NCBI GenBank assembly: GCA_951804945.1
Contig: OX638159.1
Coordinates: 29,636,001-29,700,000, forward strand
Source: Podarcis cretensis
Lineage: Eukaryota
Direction: 5' to 3'
Length of the DNA stretch: 64,000 nt
Of the stretch, positions 49,495-62,768 are shown piece by piece. The first letter of the stretch is position 1. Every line of letters begins with the position of its first letter. Below the pieces are notes generated by a model that saw only the letters and a list, made by a program, of their open reading frames with translations, ran no database searches and was not told where the DNA came from. The position numbers and the translations under genes were made by a program.

Positions 49495-52400
49495 GTGCAT
49501 ATATCACGCATTTATTCGCTACCATCCTAGTAATAATGTGTTCGACTTTCAGCCCCTGCAAGACAAACTTTATTCTGCTCCATGGAAATGAACCTTAGAT
49601 GTGCAGATGAACTCTATACACTTATTGAGTAGAAGCTACACTCCGGCCCACCTTATTAACGATTATAATTGTGGCTCCCTGCTCATCAGGACCGGCTCTC
49701 TGAAAGAGGTTTCTTTCTGCTACTCTCTACTTCCCTTCATACCCGCACGATGCTTAAGCTGACGACCCCAGAGCGTTCAGAGGAGGAGGCACATATCCTA
49801 AGACTAAGCAAGGCAACCCAGCTTCTTTCTCCATGGGCAGTTCTGCCTGGCCCACAGAAGACGGGAAAGAGCCTTGCCTGCTTTAAAGCACTGCTCTTTA
49901 AAGATCAACTGCTGAAAGAGATACCTGTGCGCTTTGAATTGCTTTAGGGGAGGGAGGGAGAGAATCAGAGCGAGGTTCTGCCGGCGCTGCACCTAAAACC
50001 GGAATGTCCCAGAAAGGTAGAGGGATTCGTTCATGTTGGTGCAAGTGAAGCCGTAACAAGAGCCAAACTCTGCAGCATTTAAGATTTCCTTATCAGCTTT
50101 CTACCTTGGAAAACGAGACCCGTTTGCTTAACTTAATCCGGAACATATGTTTGCAACTGTAGCGCCGTGTGTGTGTGTGTCTGTGTGTTTCTCTCTGTGT
50201 GTGGTTTGAAGTTGATCAAGTTGTAAATTTTCCGCCTTAGGTTTTCAGCGCCTCCTAGTTACAGCCTAACACTTTGAGACTTTACAAAGGCTCTAACTAA
50301 AGGGGAGAAAATGAAATAACAACCATGTAATTTATCGAATGTTGCGAGTCGCACCAAACCAGCCTATTTTTCTTCCCCTGTGGTAGTGATTGTTGTTAAA
50401 GACCTGCATTTCTGAGAAGCTGAGCCAGAAAAGAGAATGCAACAAAATGACTTCTGAAAAAGGAACGTCTTTAATATGCATTGCTGTTTTAACACTTCAG
50501 AATACGCTCTTCCTGTTTCTATAAACGTAACGATGATCACAATAATAGTATTTGAAATCTGGAATTAATAATAAATTAAAAGTACTTTATACTCTAATAC
50601 ATGTACCTGTCAATACAAAACTTTCAGATTACTTTTTCTAAGGAGAGGAGTTTCCATATAATGAATCCCTAATCATATAATCAATAGAAACAACCGAGGC
50701 TTTTAAATTTCTAAACAGTTTTCTTACTTTAATGAAATGAATAAATTTAGAACACGGAAGGTAATTTTGCAGAATAAATTTAGACTGTAGGAGATACAGA
50801 AACAGACCCCCAGGCTTTACAAACCTAAAAAAAAAAAAAGATGAAAAGAGAACGTACATTTGATTTTGTGGCTTTCTCACTTTAAATCGCTCATAATTGT
50901 TTTGATCTATTCATGAAAGAGTGACAAGGAGGCTAACTTAATACGACCAGTTTCTATTTCTGGTGAAGCTAGATCTCATGTGCGTATTTACATTGCCTGC
51001 AACTAATGAAAACATGTATCAAATCTCCGGGTTGTGTGTTGCTTTTTTTTTATTGGGTTTCCCCAAATACAAATTAGCTACATTTTGGTCCAGCCACCAA
51101 AAAGGAGGGAAATCATTAAGTAGATTACAACATGATTACAACATGAATTGGCAGAGAGTAAAGACGCCATAGTTCAGATTTTGCGTGCAGGCTGCCTTTT
51201 ATTTCAATCGGGATATTTATATGATGATTCTGTATGATTCTTAACATTATTTAATAGCACTTTTTCTTTTTTGCTCGAACTAAAGTGCGTTCCTCGCAGA
51301 ACGAAGCGGGGGTAGGTAATCTGATTTATCTGGGGGAGGATATACGAAAAGGGGCCGTTTTAGCTCTGAATCGGAATGTATTGAGAGACACAGCGCCATC
51401 TAGCAAACAAACGGAGAATCAAAGGCGAGGAATCGGCGAGGCCCTTCGGGCAGTCATAGAAAAAGGGGGGGGGGGGGAGAGAGAGAGAGAGAGAAGCGAG
51501 AGAGAGACTGAGCAGGAAACTTACACTGCCTCGTCAGTTTCACCTGAGCAGAGCTCCCCCCTCCCCCCCAGCAGACAATCCGCACTCCGTTCGGTGTTTC
51601 GCAGGGCTCTGCCCTTTCCCTCCCTGCTTCTGAAAGAGCAACTCGGCTCCGTGTCGTTTGCGCTTCGCTTCTGAGTATTAGGACAGGCAGGTTTCCCTTA
51701 ATCAAGGTCAGATATTACTAGCACTATCTGGTCCCTGGGATGTATACAACCGAGGTACACGCACCTGCCAGGCGCTTAATAACTTTTTCTCTGCTCGTTA
51801 TCTCCAGCTCTCGTTTTTAGGGATGGGGAAAGAGTGAGAGAAGTCAATTGAGCAGTACAGAAAGGACAAAAGTCACCAGGTCCCCTGACTGTTCTATCCT
51901 TGCATTTCCACCACACCCCAGTATAGCCAAGGTGGTTGGTGGCTGCTTGGCTGCTTTGCTGGTCCGGTGAAATGCAGGCGTTTAAACGCTTCGTGAAATA
52001 GATGTAATATATTTTCACAAACTTAAGATGCCAGGAGGTGGCCACGTCGCTCAAGGGAAGCAACGCCCTTCGATGTGTATTTGCATGGCTTTCGAAGGAC
52101 TACAAAACAAAGGCAGGGCATATTCCATTCTCGTAATCTTTGCTGTTCGATTAATCTTCTGTGGCTTTCTTTCTTTTTTTAAAAAAAGGATGGTGGAGGG
52201 AGAGGAAAGGGTGTGTGTGGGAGAGCAGAGAGAATAAACCAAATAATCCACCTCTGGGTATTTGCAAGCCATGTTTACATTAGTTCTGCAAAATTAAACA
52301 AAGACACCAAATGACTGTGAGGAAGAGAAATTGTTGCCACTCTGCAAGCGCGGAAGGCTCTCTAGTAAAGGGAGAGTCATTATCGAGGCTTCGTGGAAAT

Positions 52401-53410
52401 CGTCGCGGGTTAGGAAGAGGCGACTAAGACAAATAAGGCGCACCTTTGCCTTCACAGCTCTTTATTGCCACCTGCTCGAGAAATGTTCCTGCGGAGTATC
52501 AGAAGCCCAAATGTCACCCGTCGCTCTTGTGCTGTTGTTGTGAAGTGTCTGGGCTGTGAAAGATTGTCTCCAGATGCGCCCACCCTTCAGAACAGGCTTC
52601 TGGCGCCCACTCGCCTTTCAACTGGCCAAGCATCTTTCGATATTCCCCTTTTAGAAGCCCAGTATTCAACATCTCAGCTAACCTTGCATCCTTCCCAAAA
52701 AAACCTCCCCACCCACCTCTCCCCGGCCATTCAGATCCTTGAGATTAACATGGCTTGAAACTAACAGGGTTCTCAGACCGTGTCCGTCGTAACAACCACA
52801 AGGGTCCGATCCACCAGCTCTAGTGTTTGCTTGCCTAACTCCCTGAAGGAAAAAGGGGGGGGGTCTTCCCCTTCCTCCTCTAATTTCTTTTTTTTCCGAG
52901 GTCTGAGCTTTCCGTTCTGTGAGATCCATGGGAAATACGGGGCAGAATGGTGGCCACTGAAATCAGCTCTGTCTCCTTCGGGCTCTGTCCAGCTCTTGAA
53001 GTTCCTTGGAAAAAAGGAGAACTATATTGGGGGAGCGGGGTGTGTGTAGGGCAGGGAGAAGGCTGCTCTCTTTGGGTGGTTTCATCTCTATCGCCTGTTC
53101 TCGTCCAGATTTTCTTACCCACGAAACCTGCTCCGTGGTGGGGTTCCCCAGCTGTTTAAATGAACATTGATTTATTGCGTTTAAAAGTAAATTTACACAC
53201 ACGCCAACATCATTCCGTTTTGTTTCCCCAGACCCTAAGATTTATTTTCTGCTTAGCGCTTGTCTGACAAAACAATGTCCTTTAACTTTATTACACATCG
53301 ATGAGGAAATCTGTCTTATTTCCCCCCTGCTTGGATTTATTGCTCTTGTTACCTGGTTTGTTGAGGAAGGGATGGGTGGAGAGAAGGCTGTGGAAAGCGG
53401 GGAAATTACG

Positions 53411-53411
53411 A

Positions 53412-53470
<59 letters not shown>
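53411..53470. repeat. (AAAG)15 microsatellite
   Basis: Read directly from the sequence. Confidence 0.95.
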
Positions 53471-54172
53471 GCTGACTTGAAGAAATATAAGCGCACCTCG
53501 CATGTCCCGGGCTTTGGGAAAAGGGAGCAGGGCGGAAGAGCAGGAAAATACTAATTTTCACAAATTAGAATGTTCGAGTGATTTGTTTTAAGAGACACAA
53601 AGCTCCCTTCATCTGCTAGAAGGCCTGATGCTCTTTGCACAAACTCTTTTGCAACAGATCCATTACTGAGAAGCAAAAATATAATACAACAAAACAAACA
53701 AAGCAAAATAAAAATAATCCTACCACTCTGACTTACCTCTGCGCAGTAAAGTCCCAATTACCCAGCCTATGGGATGGTTGCTCTCAGGGGATTGAGCTGC
53801 ACTTTGAAACAGTCTTTACGGTACACTTCATCTACGTTTTTGTTGTCTTTAGTTCTCATTAAAAGGCCACTTTATTCTTTTCACTGATATACTGTCTGTG
53901 TTCTTCATTTCACACTCTTGAAAGCAAAGTTCTTACAGCTTATCAGGGAAGAAGGGCTCCGAGGCTCTTTGGGGTGGGGTGGGGATGGAGCTAGAGGGAA
54001 TGAGAAAGAGAGGCAGGAGAGGGAAATCCGTGGACAGGAATTTTAAAGGTTTTTTCTGAGCACACAGAGAGAGAGACAAACAGGAGAGGTTGTTGAGGCA
54101 ATGTGCTATTTCAGGGGTGTTGGTGGAAAAATTGAAAAGGGCTATCGGGCAGTCATACAGCGTTAGCCAGAC

Positions 54173-54174
<2 letters not shown>

Positions 54175-54216
<42 letters not shown>
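54175..54216. repeat. (TG)21 microsatellite
   Basis: Read directly from the sequence. Confidence 0.95.
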
Positions 54217-54219
<3 letters not shown>

Positions 54220-57200
54220 CCTGGCCTTATTCCGACTCCCCTACTCCCCCCCCCCAACCTGATTTATCACAGAGGCGTCTAATAATCACTTTGGAGATGT
54301 CAACTGAGGACTGTCCCTTTGCAAGGCGAAAGTGAAGATGTAAGGAAGGGTGGGGGTTGCTATCCTCATCAGTCGGAGCAATTCTTTGTAGAGAGTCTCC
54401 CATAAATGCACTGCCTTTCAGGCCAGACCCCGGGGCTCCGAGAGCCACTCCACCCGCCTTTCCCACTTGTTGTCCAGACCGGCGCAAGAAACCCAAAGCG
54501 TTTATTTGGAAGAATCTCTTACCGAGCCAGAAAGAGGGTAGTAGGGTCAGTCAGCTACATCGGTCTGAATCGATCTCGAATCAATATCGATCTCGAATCG
54601 ATAAGACCTTTTTCCCATGCGCGCGTGCGTGTGCCCAGATAGCGTATACACGGCTCTAAGAATGCACCCAGGATCCGACCCGAAGTGGAGCCAAAGAAGA
54701 AAAGGGGGCAAGGCTCTTGAGCATCCCTCTATTCATATTAGCAGCATTTCTTTCTGCTTGCCCTTTGAATGGGGCCGTGTCACTCAGAGAACTAAGGGCC
54801 ATTTCTTTAATCTCTCTCCTCTGCCCTCACAGATCGACAGCCTTTCTCCCCTCTCCTGGCTACCCCCCATGCCCCCCTCCCTTCAGGGCACAAGATCCCC
54901 GTCCAGCTAGGCTCAGGCCGTCGCCGCTGCCTTCAGTGGAAGATCATAAGCCGGGCTACGTCCCCTGGTACCCGACGGGATAGAAGCCGGGGCTCCTGGA
55001 GAGCCGTGCGGACCCCTGGGCACCCCCACCCCTCACTGGAGCCATGCCCCAAAGAAATGGAGGGCCTAGGATTGGTGATGAATTAATCTTTTGGGGAGTG
55101 GGATGATTTTTCTTAATTCAATCAGGCATCCTAAAGACAGGTGGAATGCCCCAGAATACCTATTTGTGGATTAGAAAACTGCATGGAGACGTTTTCAAAT
55201 CGAACCGATGTTCTATGGATTCGAATTAGGATGGATTTTTTCTCCCCCTCCCCCCCTTTTTTTTAATATACCCAGTTATGCCACAGTGGTGAACCAGAGG
55301 GAATTAAGCCCTCTTCAAGTCCAAAGGCTTGGATTCCTCTTCGAGGAGGCTCGGGCTACAGATGGCTCAGGGACACTCAACCAGCTTCATAGGAGCCAGC
55401 AAAGACTACGAACTAGCTGTTGCCACACGTGTGTGTGTGTGTGTGTGTGTGTGTTGGGGGTATTTTTAGAGTTGGAGTAGCCACTCTACCAGGCAAACGG
55501 AGAAATGGTTCAAAGCAAGATCTCTACTGCTGCCCTCCTTTACTCACAAGCAAGCCCGCCCGCCTGCCTCCCAATTTCATGAGGCTTAATCCCAAGGAAC
55601 CGTGCACAGGCGGCCTGTATTCAAGGGAGAGCCATTTTGCAAGGGGCACCCGCGGTACTGCTCTGGCATGATGGGCGTCACCAGCTGCCTCCTCATCCCA
55701 GCGATCTCTGATCCAAATGCACACGTTCTTTCCAAGCGGATGGAGAGAAATACATAACCGGGTTGAGGGTGCATGCCTTACACCGCCGCCGCCAATAAGC
55801 CAGCCCCCCCCCCGCCCTCTCTCTCTCTCTGCCCTCCGAGGTACTATTGTGAGAACGTCAGCCCCCCCTCCCCGGCTCGATCCTCGCCCAGATTAAGCCG
55901 CAGTAGTTCCATGTCAGCTGATTTCCCACCCCACTCAGAGACACCTCTGACTTAATTCCGGGATTCTGAGAAATGTAAATAAAAGGGCATCGGACTGGGA
56001 TGTCAGGCGCCCTGGGCCCCCGGAAATTCAAGTGGATGGCAGATTGAATAAATGCCGGCATTACCGAATTGTGGGCAGGTTGGGGGGGGGAAAGGTGAGA
56101 GGAACGATCTGAGGGTGGGGGCAAACGGTCGATTCACCCACAGAATCTGACATGTTATTTTCTCTTTGCAGCAATAATAAATAGGCACTAATGAACCGAG
56201 GTACTAACTGTGTCCCCTAAGAGGGCAAAGCTCCAGGCGCAAAGATGACTGCCCGTTGCAAATGGTGAGCAAACACGCGCGCGCACACACAAACACAAAC
56301 GCACACACACACACACCACTAACTTGGGACCCGCTTTCTAGCGGCCTCTTCCCAAGGAAAGGCGAGGGCAGCCGAGAACGTGGGTGAATAAAACGCCAGT
56401 TAAAACGCTATTAAACAGCGCAGAAGGTGCAAAGCTCGCGCCTCGTTCCGCCTTGATATGCAATTAAATTACAGCAAATTCCTCTTTAAATAATATCGTT
56501 TGGAATCCTTCGCTAAGATTCAAGGATGTCTGAGGTTAAGTAGCTTTTAAAACGTCAGTTCTAAATGGCTTATGCAATGAATAGCTACCTTTAAATCCTA
56601 ACACCATTATAAATACTCTATACATGTGGATGTCAGTTTATCTCTACATATTTCTTCTTCAAATGAGGAAAGCATTCATGATCATCATAATAAAAAAGCT
56701 CCTTGACATATTTGAGTTTAGAAAAGCAGATGTTAATTCCACCCTCCCTTCTCCCCACATCTTGTTTTATGACCAACTCTGTTGGAAAGGAGCCAACGGC
56801 GCCCTGCGCTTTGCTCAGTGACTAGTAGCCCGGGCGCATTAGAGCACCAGCCGAGACGAGACTCAAGCCATAACCCCCCCACACACATCTGGGTTTCTTT
56901 CCCTTTTTTTACGAAACAACAACAAAATTAAATTAGGGAAAGAGTTGCAATAAAAATGGGAGGAGGGGAAAAGGGTCTTGGGGACTTGGGGATAGAGGCG
57001 GAAAGAGAACACACCTGCAGCCGCGCCGGAAAAAGAAACGGCCTATGGATATTTTTCAAGATAGAAAGAGCCTTTCTGGGGGCCTGGCCAAACAGGCGTG
57101 TATTTTCAGTGAAATAAGTAAAAAATAATAATAAAATAAGAGGAGGTGCCAAATATGATTGCCAGCTCCCCACAGACACAGAGAAAACAGTGTTCTAGGA

Positions 57201-57739
57201 CACTCCCCCCTGTTTTAGGGGGAGGGACACATCCCCCCCAAAACCAATGGAAGTGATTCCTGGACAAGAAATGCTTTACTTCAGAGCACCCCCCTTTTTA
57301 GCTGTTTTCACATTCCCATTCTCTCCAGGCAGCCTCCCTTCCCTTCCAAGCTGAGGGATCAAGTCTGAGGGTTCCCATCGTTTTCTCGCTCCCTCCCCCG
57401 CTCCTCTTTTCGCCCCATTAACTAATATGTTTGAGAAAGGTTCTTGTTTGCCCTGAGTTACACGGGGAGCAGAAGACATGGGAGGGCTTGAGACAGCGAC
57501 GGCACCGCCACACAAACCCGGAGCCGAGCTTTCCCTGGCATCACAATTAACTGTATGCAATATTTATCATTCGACAATGTTTGCCATCAGGAAACACCAA
57601 ACGTAAAATCGGTGGAAGTTTAATAAACAGACACCCAGAGATTGATCAAATAGAATGAATAAACATGCCTGGATTTTTTTTTTATGCGCACGTCTGTGCT
57701 TCTGACTATTAGGCGATAATCCTGAGTGAGAAATAAATG

Positions 57740-60560
57740 CCATTGGAGTCCGCGGAGGAGGGCCGGCCGGGAGGGGAGGGGAGGCGGGGGCTCTCTAGCC
57801 AGCCAGTTGGCCTCCTACTGAAGTTAATTCCCACCGGTCCAAGTTCCCTGCGGCTTGGAAAGGTTAGGACTGCACCCTTAGATCCCCGGGGACGCATCCA
57901 GATTCCTTGCCGGACATATCCCCACTCCCCACACCCCATGTGGAAGGAGCTATGAGAAAGGGCCACGGTGCCTCTCTTAAGAAACTGTGGCCAGGGTTGC
58001 TTTTAAATATATATGTCTCTTTATGGTTCAAAACTGGGGGGGGGGGGGGAACCATGATCGTCTGTCAAAATGGTAGTCAAAATGGTCTAGTTGGATTGTT
58101 ACAAAAATAATAACAGGACTCTCTCTTTCTCTTTCTCTTTCTCTCTGTCCTCTTCCTCCCCGCTCCCCTCTTTTTCCCCCCTTTTAAATGCAGGATCTCG
58201 CCGGCTGGGGCAACACAATGGCAAGCCATCTGGTGCGCAAGAGAAGCGGTAGAGACGGCAGCGAAGGGAGCCATCCGCAGCTTCCTAGAAGCGCACGGGG
58301 CCTGCAGGCCCCCCCCCTCCCTTTGGCTCTCCGGCCTATAGCTAAACTTGGACGATGGTCTGATCTCGGGAGCCGCCAAGCAAGCAAGTCGCCCCGGAGC
58401 AGCCCGAGGAACCTCTCCACGCGCGCCAAGCGCCGCTTGGCCTCCTGCTGCTGGGAGGTGGTCCCAAGCGCAGGAGCGAGCAGGGAAGAGCTCCACCCCC
58501 TTCCCTTGGTCGCGGAGCGGATAGGTCGGGGCGCGGGTGACGTCACTCCCCATCGCGCAGGAGAGGAACCGGGAGCGCGGGGGAGGGCGCGGGGGAGGCA
58601 GAGAGAGAAGCTTCTTGCCTGCTGGGCTCCACAGTTGGGAAGTTTTGCTTGGAGCAGCAGCAGCAGCAAGAGTAACAACTCAATAATAATAATAATAATC
58701 GGAAATTAGCCCTTTGCGCTTATCTCTCCGTTTCCTCCATCCTTGTTTAAGCTGGGATATCTATCACCCCCCACTGCAATGCTTGGCTCGATTTAAGCGC
58801 ACGCGGCAAAAAGGAGGGAAAACAGGTGGTGGGGATGGGGGGGGGAGAGAATATGTATTAAACAAACCCTTCCGGGTGAACCTGACCCACGCAGAGACCT
58901 GTAGCAGATGACCTGCATCTCTCTCTCCCTCTCTCTTGCGCACAGGAGGCTTCTCATCTGACTTGTCACCGCATCTCACCCTCAGCGCCTTCTTTTGGCC
59001 CCATATTTCTGTCAGAAGGGTCGCTGGTGTCAGACCCGCCTCCTTCCCCACTTGGCCCTCCTCCGTCTTGCAAAGCATCCCTCTGAGCTGACGGTGTGCG
59101 GCCCTAGCTGGCTCTCAAATCGCTCACAGCCAGGACCCCCCCCCCCCCGCCCCAGCCACCCCTGATCAGTATCCCATGAACCACTTACTTTGAAAGCGGA
59201 GCCTTTTCTTCGGCTGTTCCTTCTTCTCTTTCTTTCCTCAAGCACTGTCTCCCCAGGCCACTCAGCCTGGGCTGCAAAGGCTTGCTCGGGTAGTCACAGG
59301 CCAATCATAGCGATCAGAAGAGAAATAAAACTTTCTCTCTCCATCATCTGCCCCCCTCTCTCCCTGCCCCTCCCTTCTTTTTCCCAGGCTCCGCTGTCCT
59401 TTGGCACCTTCTGCAAGAAGGAGGGCTGCAGTCCCATCCCATCCCCTGGAGAGCGTCTTCCTGGGGACGCCTCTGCTGGCCTCCCTGCTGCGGTAGCCGC
59501 GCGCTTCTGCTGCCGCGCTTGGGAGCAGGGAGCCCGGCCTCGGAGCGAAGTGCAGATTGAGACATATCGGGATCCCTATAAAAGGGTCATTTCGCGAGGG
59601 AGGCTGGACACAAAGTTTGGACTCGTGACTGGCATTCCTGAGAGGCCTGCATATTTTAAAAACAACAAAGCGAGCCCCCAAAGAAGGGATTGCGGGGGGG
59701 GGGGGGCGAGAGAGCGAGAGAAGAGGGGAAATAGTGCGGGGGGGGGGACTGGGAGAGAAGTTACTAAGTGACAAACATCTGTCAACATGAGCTAATTTGT
59801 AAGCTTTTGCTGCGAGGAGAAACTGACTAGTTTTGTGAGGGTCTGTGTTGGTCGATGCAGGGATCTTTGTCTCGAACCTCCCGCCCCCTACCCCTCCTAC
59901 CCCGCTTTTATGTGAGTGTTTAATCCTAGAAAGTTCCTAAAATGGATCTAAGACCAAACCAAAAGGGGAAGTTTGACCTGAAAGGTCTTTCTGGCCTTCG
60001 GATTAAAGCCCCCTCTCCCCTCTCCACCCTCGGCCACCGTCCTCCTCTCAGCCGCTCCCCTTTCTTAGCTCTTTATAAACCGTTTCGAGATGGGGGGGGG
60101 GATATAAACGTGTCTCAATGGCACAGCGACAAAGGCCAAAAGAAACACCAGTGACATGAGCTGCTGTTGCTCCCCCCCCAGCCCCCAGCCCACCGCAACC
60201 TTCTTAACAATAAGGTTTTATCTTGCAGCGAAAGAATAAGATCCTCCTCTTTCCTCTCTTGGAATACGATCGCTTTAAAAGCTTCAAAAAGAGAGAGAGA
60301 GAGAAGGGCCAGTGTGCGATGCGGAGACGTCCTCTCGGGCCGCATACGCGTCAGGAAAGACGCAGCAAGTTAACTTTCCCAGCCTTTGGCGCAGATCTGG
60401 AAAGCAGGCGCAGGCTGGGCAGAGGTGGGGGCAGCTGGCGCAAGCGGGGAGGCGAAGGAGCGGGGGCGGGTCTGATGTTGAGGCGATTTGACTGGACTGG
60501 GTGGGATCCTCGGCCGCCCCAGGATCAGGGGGCCGTTTAGTGTGTGCGGGGCCCGCGGAG
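57740..60560. promoter_or_regulatory. Cluster of CpG islands with CRE, CCAAT and TATA-like motifs
   Basis: Dense CpG. GTGACGTCAC at 58537-58546, GGCCAATCA near 59299, TATAAAAG at 59577-59584. Confidence 0.55.
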
Positions 60561-61147
60561 AAGCCTGTTTCTCTCCTAGACAGCTGAAGACAAAAGGAGA
60601 GGAGGCCTAGTGGTGAGCTGGATATCTCTGTTAGTTGTCAGCTCAGGTCCAGGGGCAGGCGAGGAATGCTAATCAGCCATAGCAGAGGGGCTGAAGGCTG
60701 CAGATCTCTCGCATAGTCACGTCATCTCCCTCTCTCTCTCTCTCTCTCTCTCCGGTTGTTTCGCTCTCACTCCCAGGGCACTTGCTTGGTTTTTTGCGCT
60801 CACGTCCACCAGCTACACACCCATCCCTGGATCTTTATGTACTCAGGAACACAATCCTTAAACATACACAACATAGGCACATACAATGCTACTCAGGCTT
60901 TATTCCTCGTTCCTCTCCCCCTGGGGTGACATAGGTAAGGTTTGCGTGGAAGCAGTCTGAGTGCCACTCCACCAAACGGCTCGCGTCGGCTGGTATCCCA
61001 AGGGTTTTCCTCTAACTGGTTATGACTGTTCCAGACAGGGTGGCTCTTTGGGCTCCAACGGCGAGACCGAATCACAAATTACCATGTTGTAATTGTTCAC
61101 TCCTCCATAGCTATCCGAGCTTCGGTCTTTTTTTGCTCTGACACAGA

Positions 61148-61174
61148 GGGGGGGGGGGGAGGGAGGGAGGGAGG

Positions 61175-61208
<34 letters not shown>
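61148..61208. repeat. Polypurine tract G12-A-(GGGA)5-(GA)14
   Basis: Read directly from the sequence. Confidence 0.9.
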
Positions 61209-61209
<1 letters not shown>

Positions 61210-62517
61210 GGAGAGACGTTCCTACCTCCTTCTCTAAACAGAGGGATCGATAGCTGACCCCACGGTTTGGCCAGTTCTTTATTTATCTGCCCGAGCAATG
61301 ATATTATCAGCCTTAAACGTTATATACAGCAAATGTCTTCCTAAATCAACACACAAGGATATCTCCCAGCAGCCAAGCTGCTCTGCCTTCAAGAAGTTCG
61401 CTCTGCCTCTTGCCCTCTCCTCCGCTTTCCACAACAACCGGGGCCCGTTTTACACCCCGTAGTTTTCAACGGGATCCTCTGTTTGAAGCTTGATGGTGGG
61501 CTCTGCAGCCAAGAGGTTGTAGATACACGATTGTACAACCCCGCTTGCTGTTTCTTCCAGGGATTCGCTTGTCAGCCTGGCTGGGCTGCTTAAAGGCTGC
61601 TCAACGCTATCCCTTTTTTTGTAATGGGGTTGGGGAGGAGATCTAATTTCCCACTGTCCTCTCTGTTAATTGCTTTCTTTCCTTGCAATTATATGTATAA
61701 ACCGATTTGCTCCTTTCCACGTTATGGCTTTGTGATTCTAATGCAAACCACTTGAGGGGGTTTGGGGGTGGGGAGAGAAGAGACCAGCCATCTCCCCCCA
61801 CCACACACAGGCAAAATGCATCCCACCCCTTCTTAGTCGTGAGAAGATGCGGCGGTCCTTAGGGCTGCAGTGCATCTCAGTCTTACTTGGGAGTAGATCC
61901 CACGGCATTTAGCAGGATGTGCTTCTGAGCAAGGCGGGCAACACTTATTTTCAAATGTATGGCAGCCAACCAGATCGGGGCCTTCCGGTGAAATTCACCA
62001 TACCCAGAAATTTGACCCAACACCGAATTGCGCCGGCATGGTCAGACAAAGGATGGGGACCCTCAGGGCAGATCATCCGCCAGTCCTACTCCCCATTCAC
62101 ATTCATCTCCCTTGGCTCCCTCTACAGGTGGCTGCCCTTGGCACCAGAGGAACAGAGGTGCCCATGCGGACGCCCCTAGTTGATCTAGCAAATCGCTCCT
62201 TCCTTTACCCCTTCTGCCAGCATGGCCCACTGGAGAATCCCAGCCCATTTTATTCCACTTGTTTCTGCAACCTTGACAAGGGTGCAACGCTAGGTGCGCG
62301 TTTCAAGCCCTGAGTTGTAGGCAAAATGACTGGCAAAGCCATCCCCACCGAGCTCAATGGAGCTCATTCGGAGTGCTCGCCATTGCCGACTCCGTGGGAA
62401 GGCAGCGGGGTAAGAGAGGCTGAGAGTCCGGCTGAAGTCCTTGGAGGGGCTTCCGCCAACTTCCAAGCCTCAGAGTGGGTGGAAGGCGAGAGGGGAGCGG
62501 AGAACGTGACACAGCTC

Positions 62518-62520
<3 letters not shown>

Positions 62521-62562
<42 letters not shown>
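62521..62562. repeat. (AG)21 microsatellite
   Basis: Read directly from the sequence. Confidence 0.95.
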
Positions 62563-62565
<3 letters not shown>

Positions 62566-62719
62566 CCTTGCCTTCCTTCCAGCTTCTCTGCAAATTTCTC
62601 CTTCCTTTCCAGCTGTTTTGTGCTGACTCTTCTATGTGATGTGCTCACGGGGTGGGGAGAAAAGAATTGGGAGGAGGGCATTGAGGGAGCATATTTTAAG
62701 TTCAGAATCCTCAATGGTT

Positions 62720-62722
<3 letters not shown>

Positions 62723-62762
<40 letters not shown>
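62723..62762. repeat. (TC)20 microsatellite
   Basis: Read directly from the sequence. Confidence 0.95.

Positions 62763-62768
<6 letters not shown>

Noticed and set aside
51702-51710. TCAAGGTCA ERR/NR5A element
   Set aside because: A single 9-mer is close to chance expectation in 64 kb and has no other support.
58077-59774. Long ORFs of 158-193 aa in the CpG islands
   Set aside because: Low-complexity G/R/P/A/S translations occur on both strands with no recognisable domain, as expected from stop-codon scarcity in GC-rich DNA.
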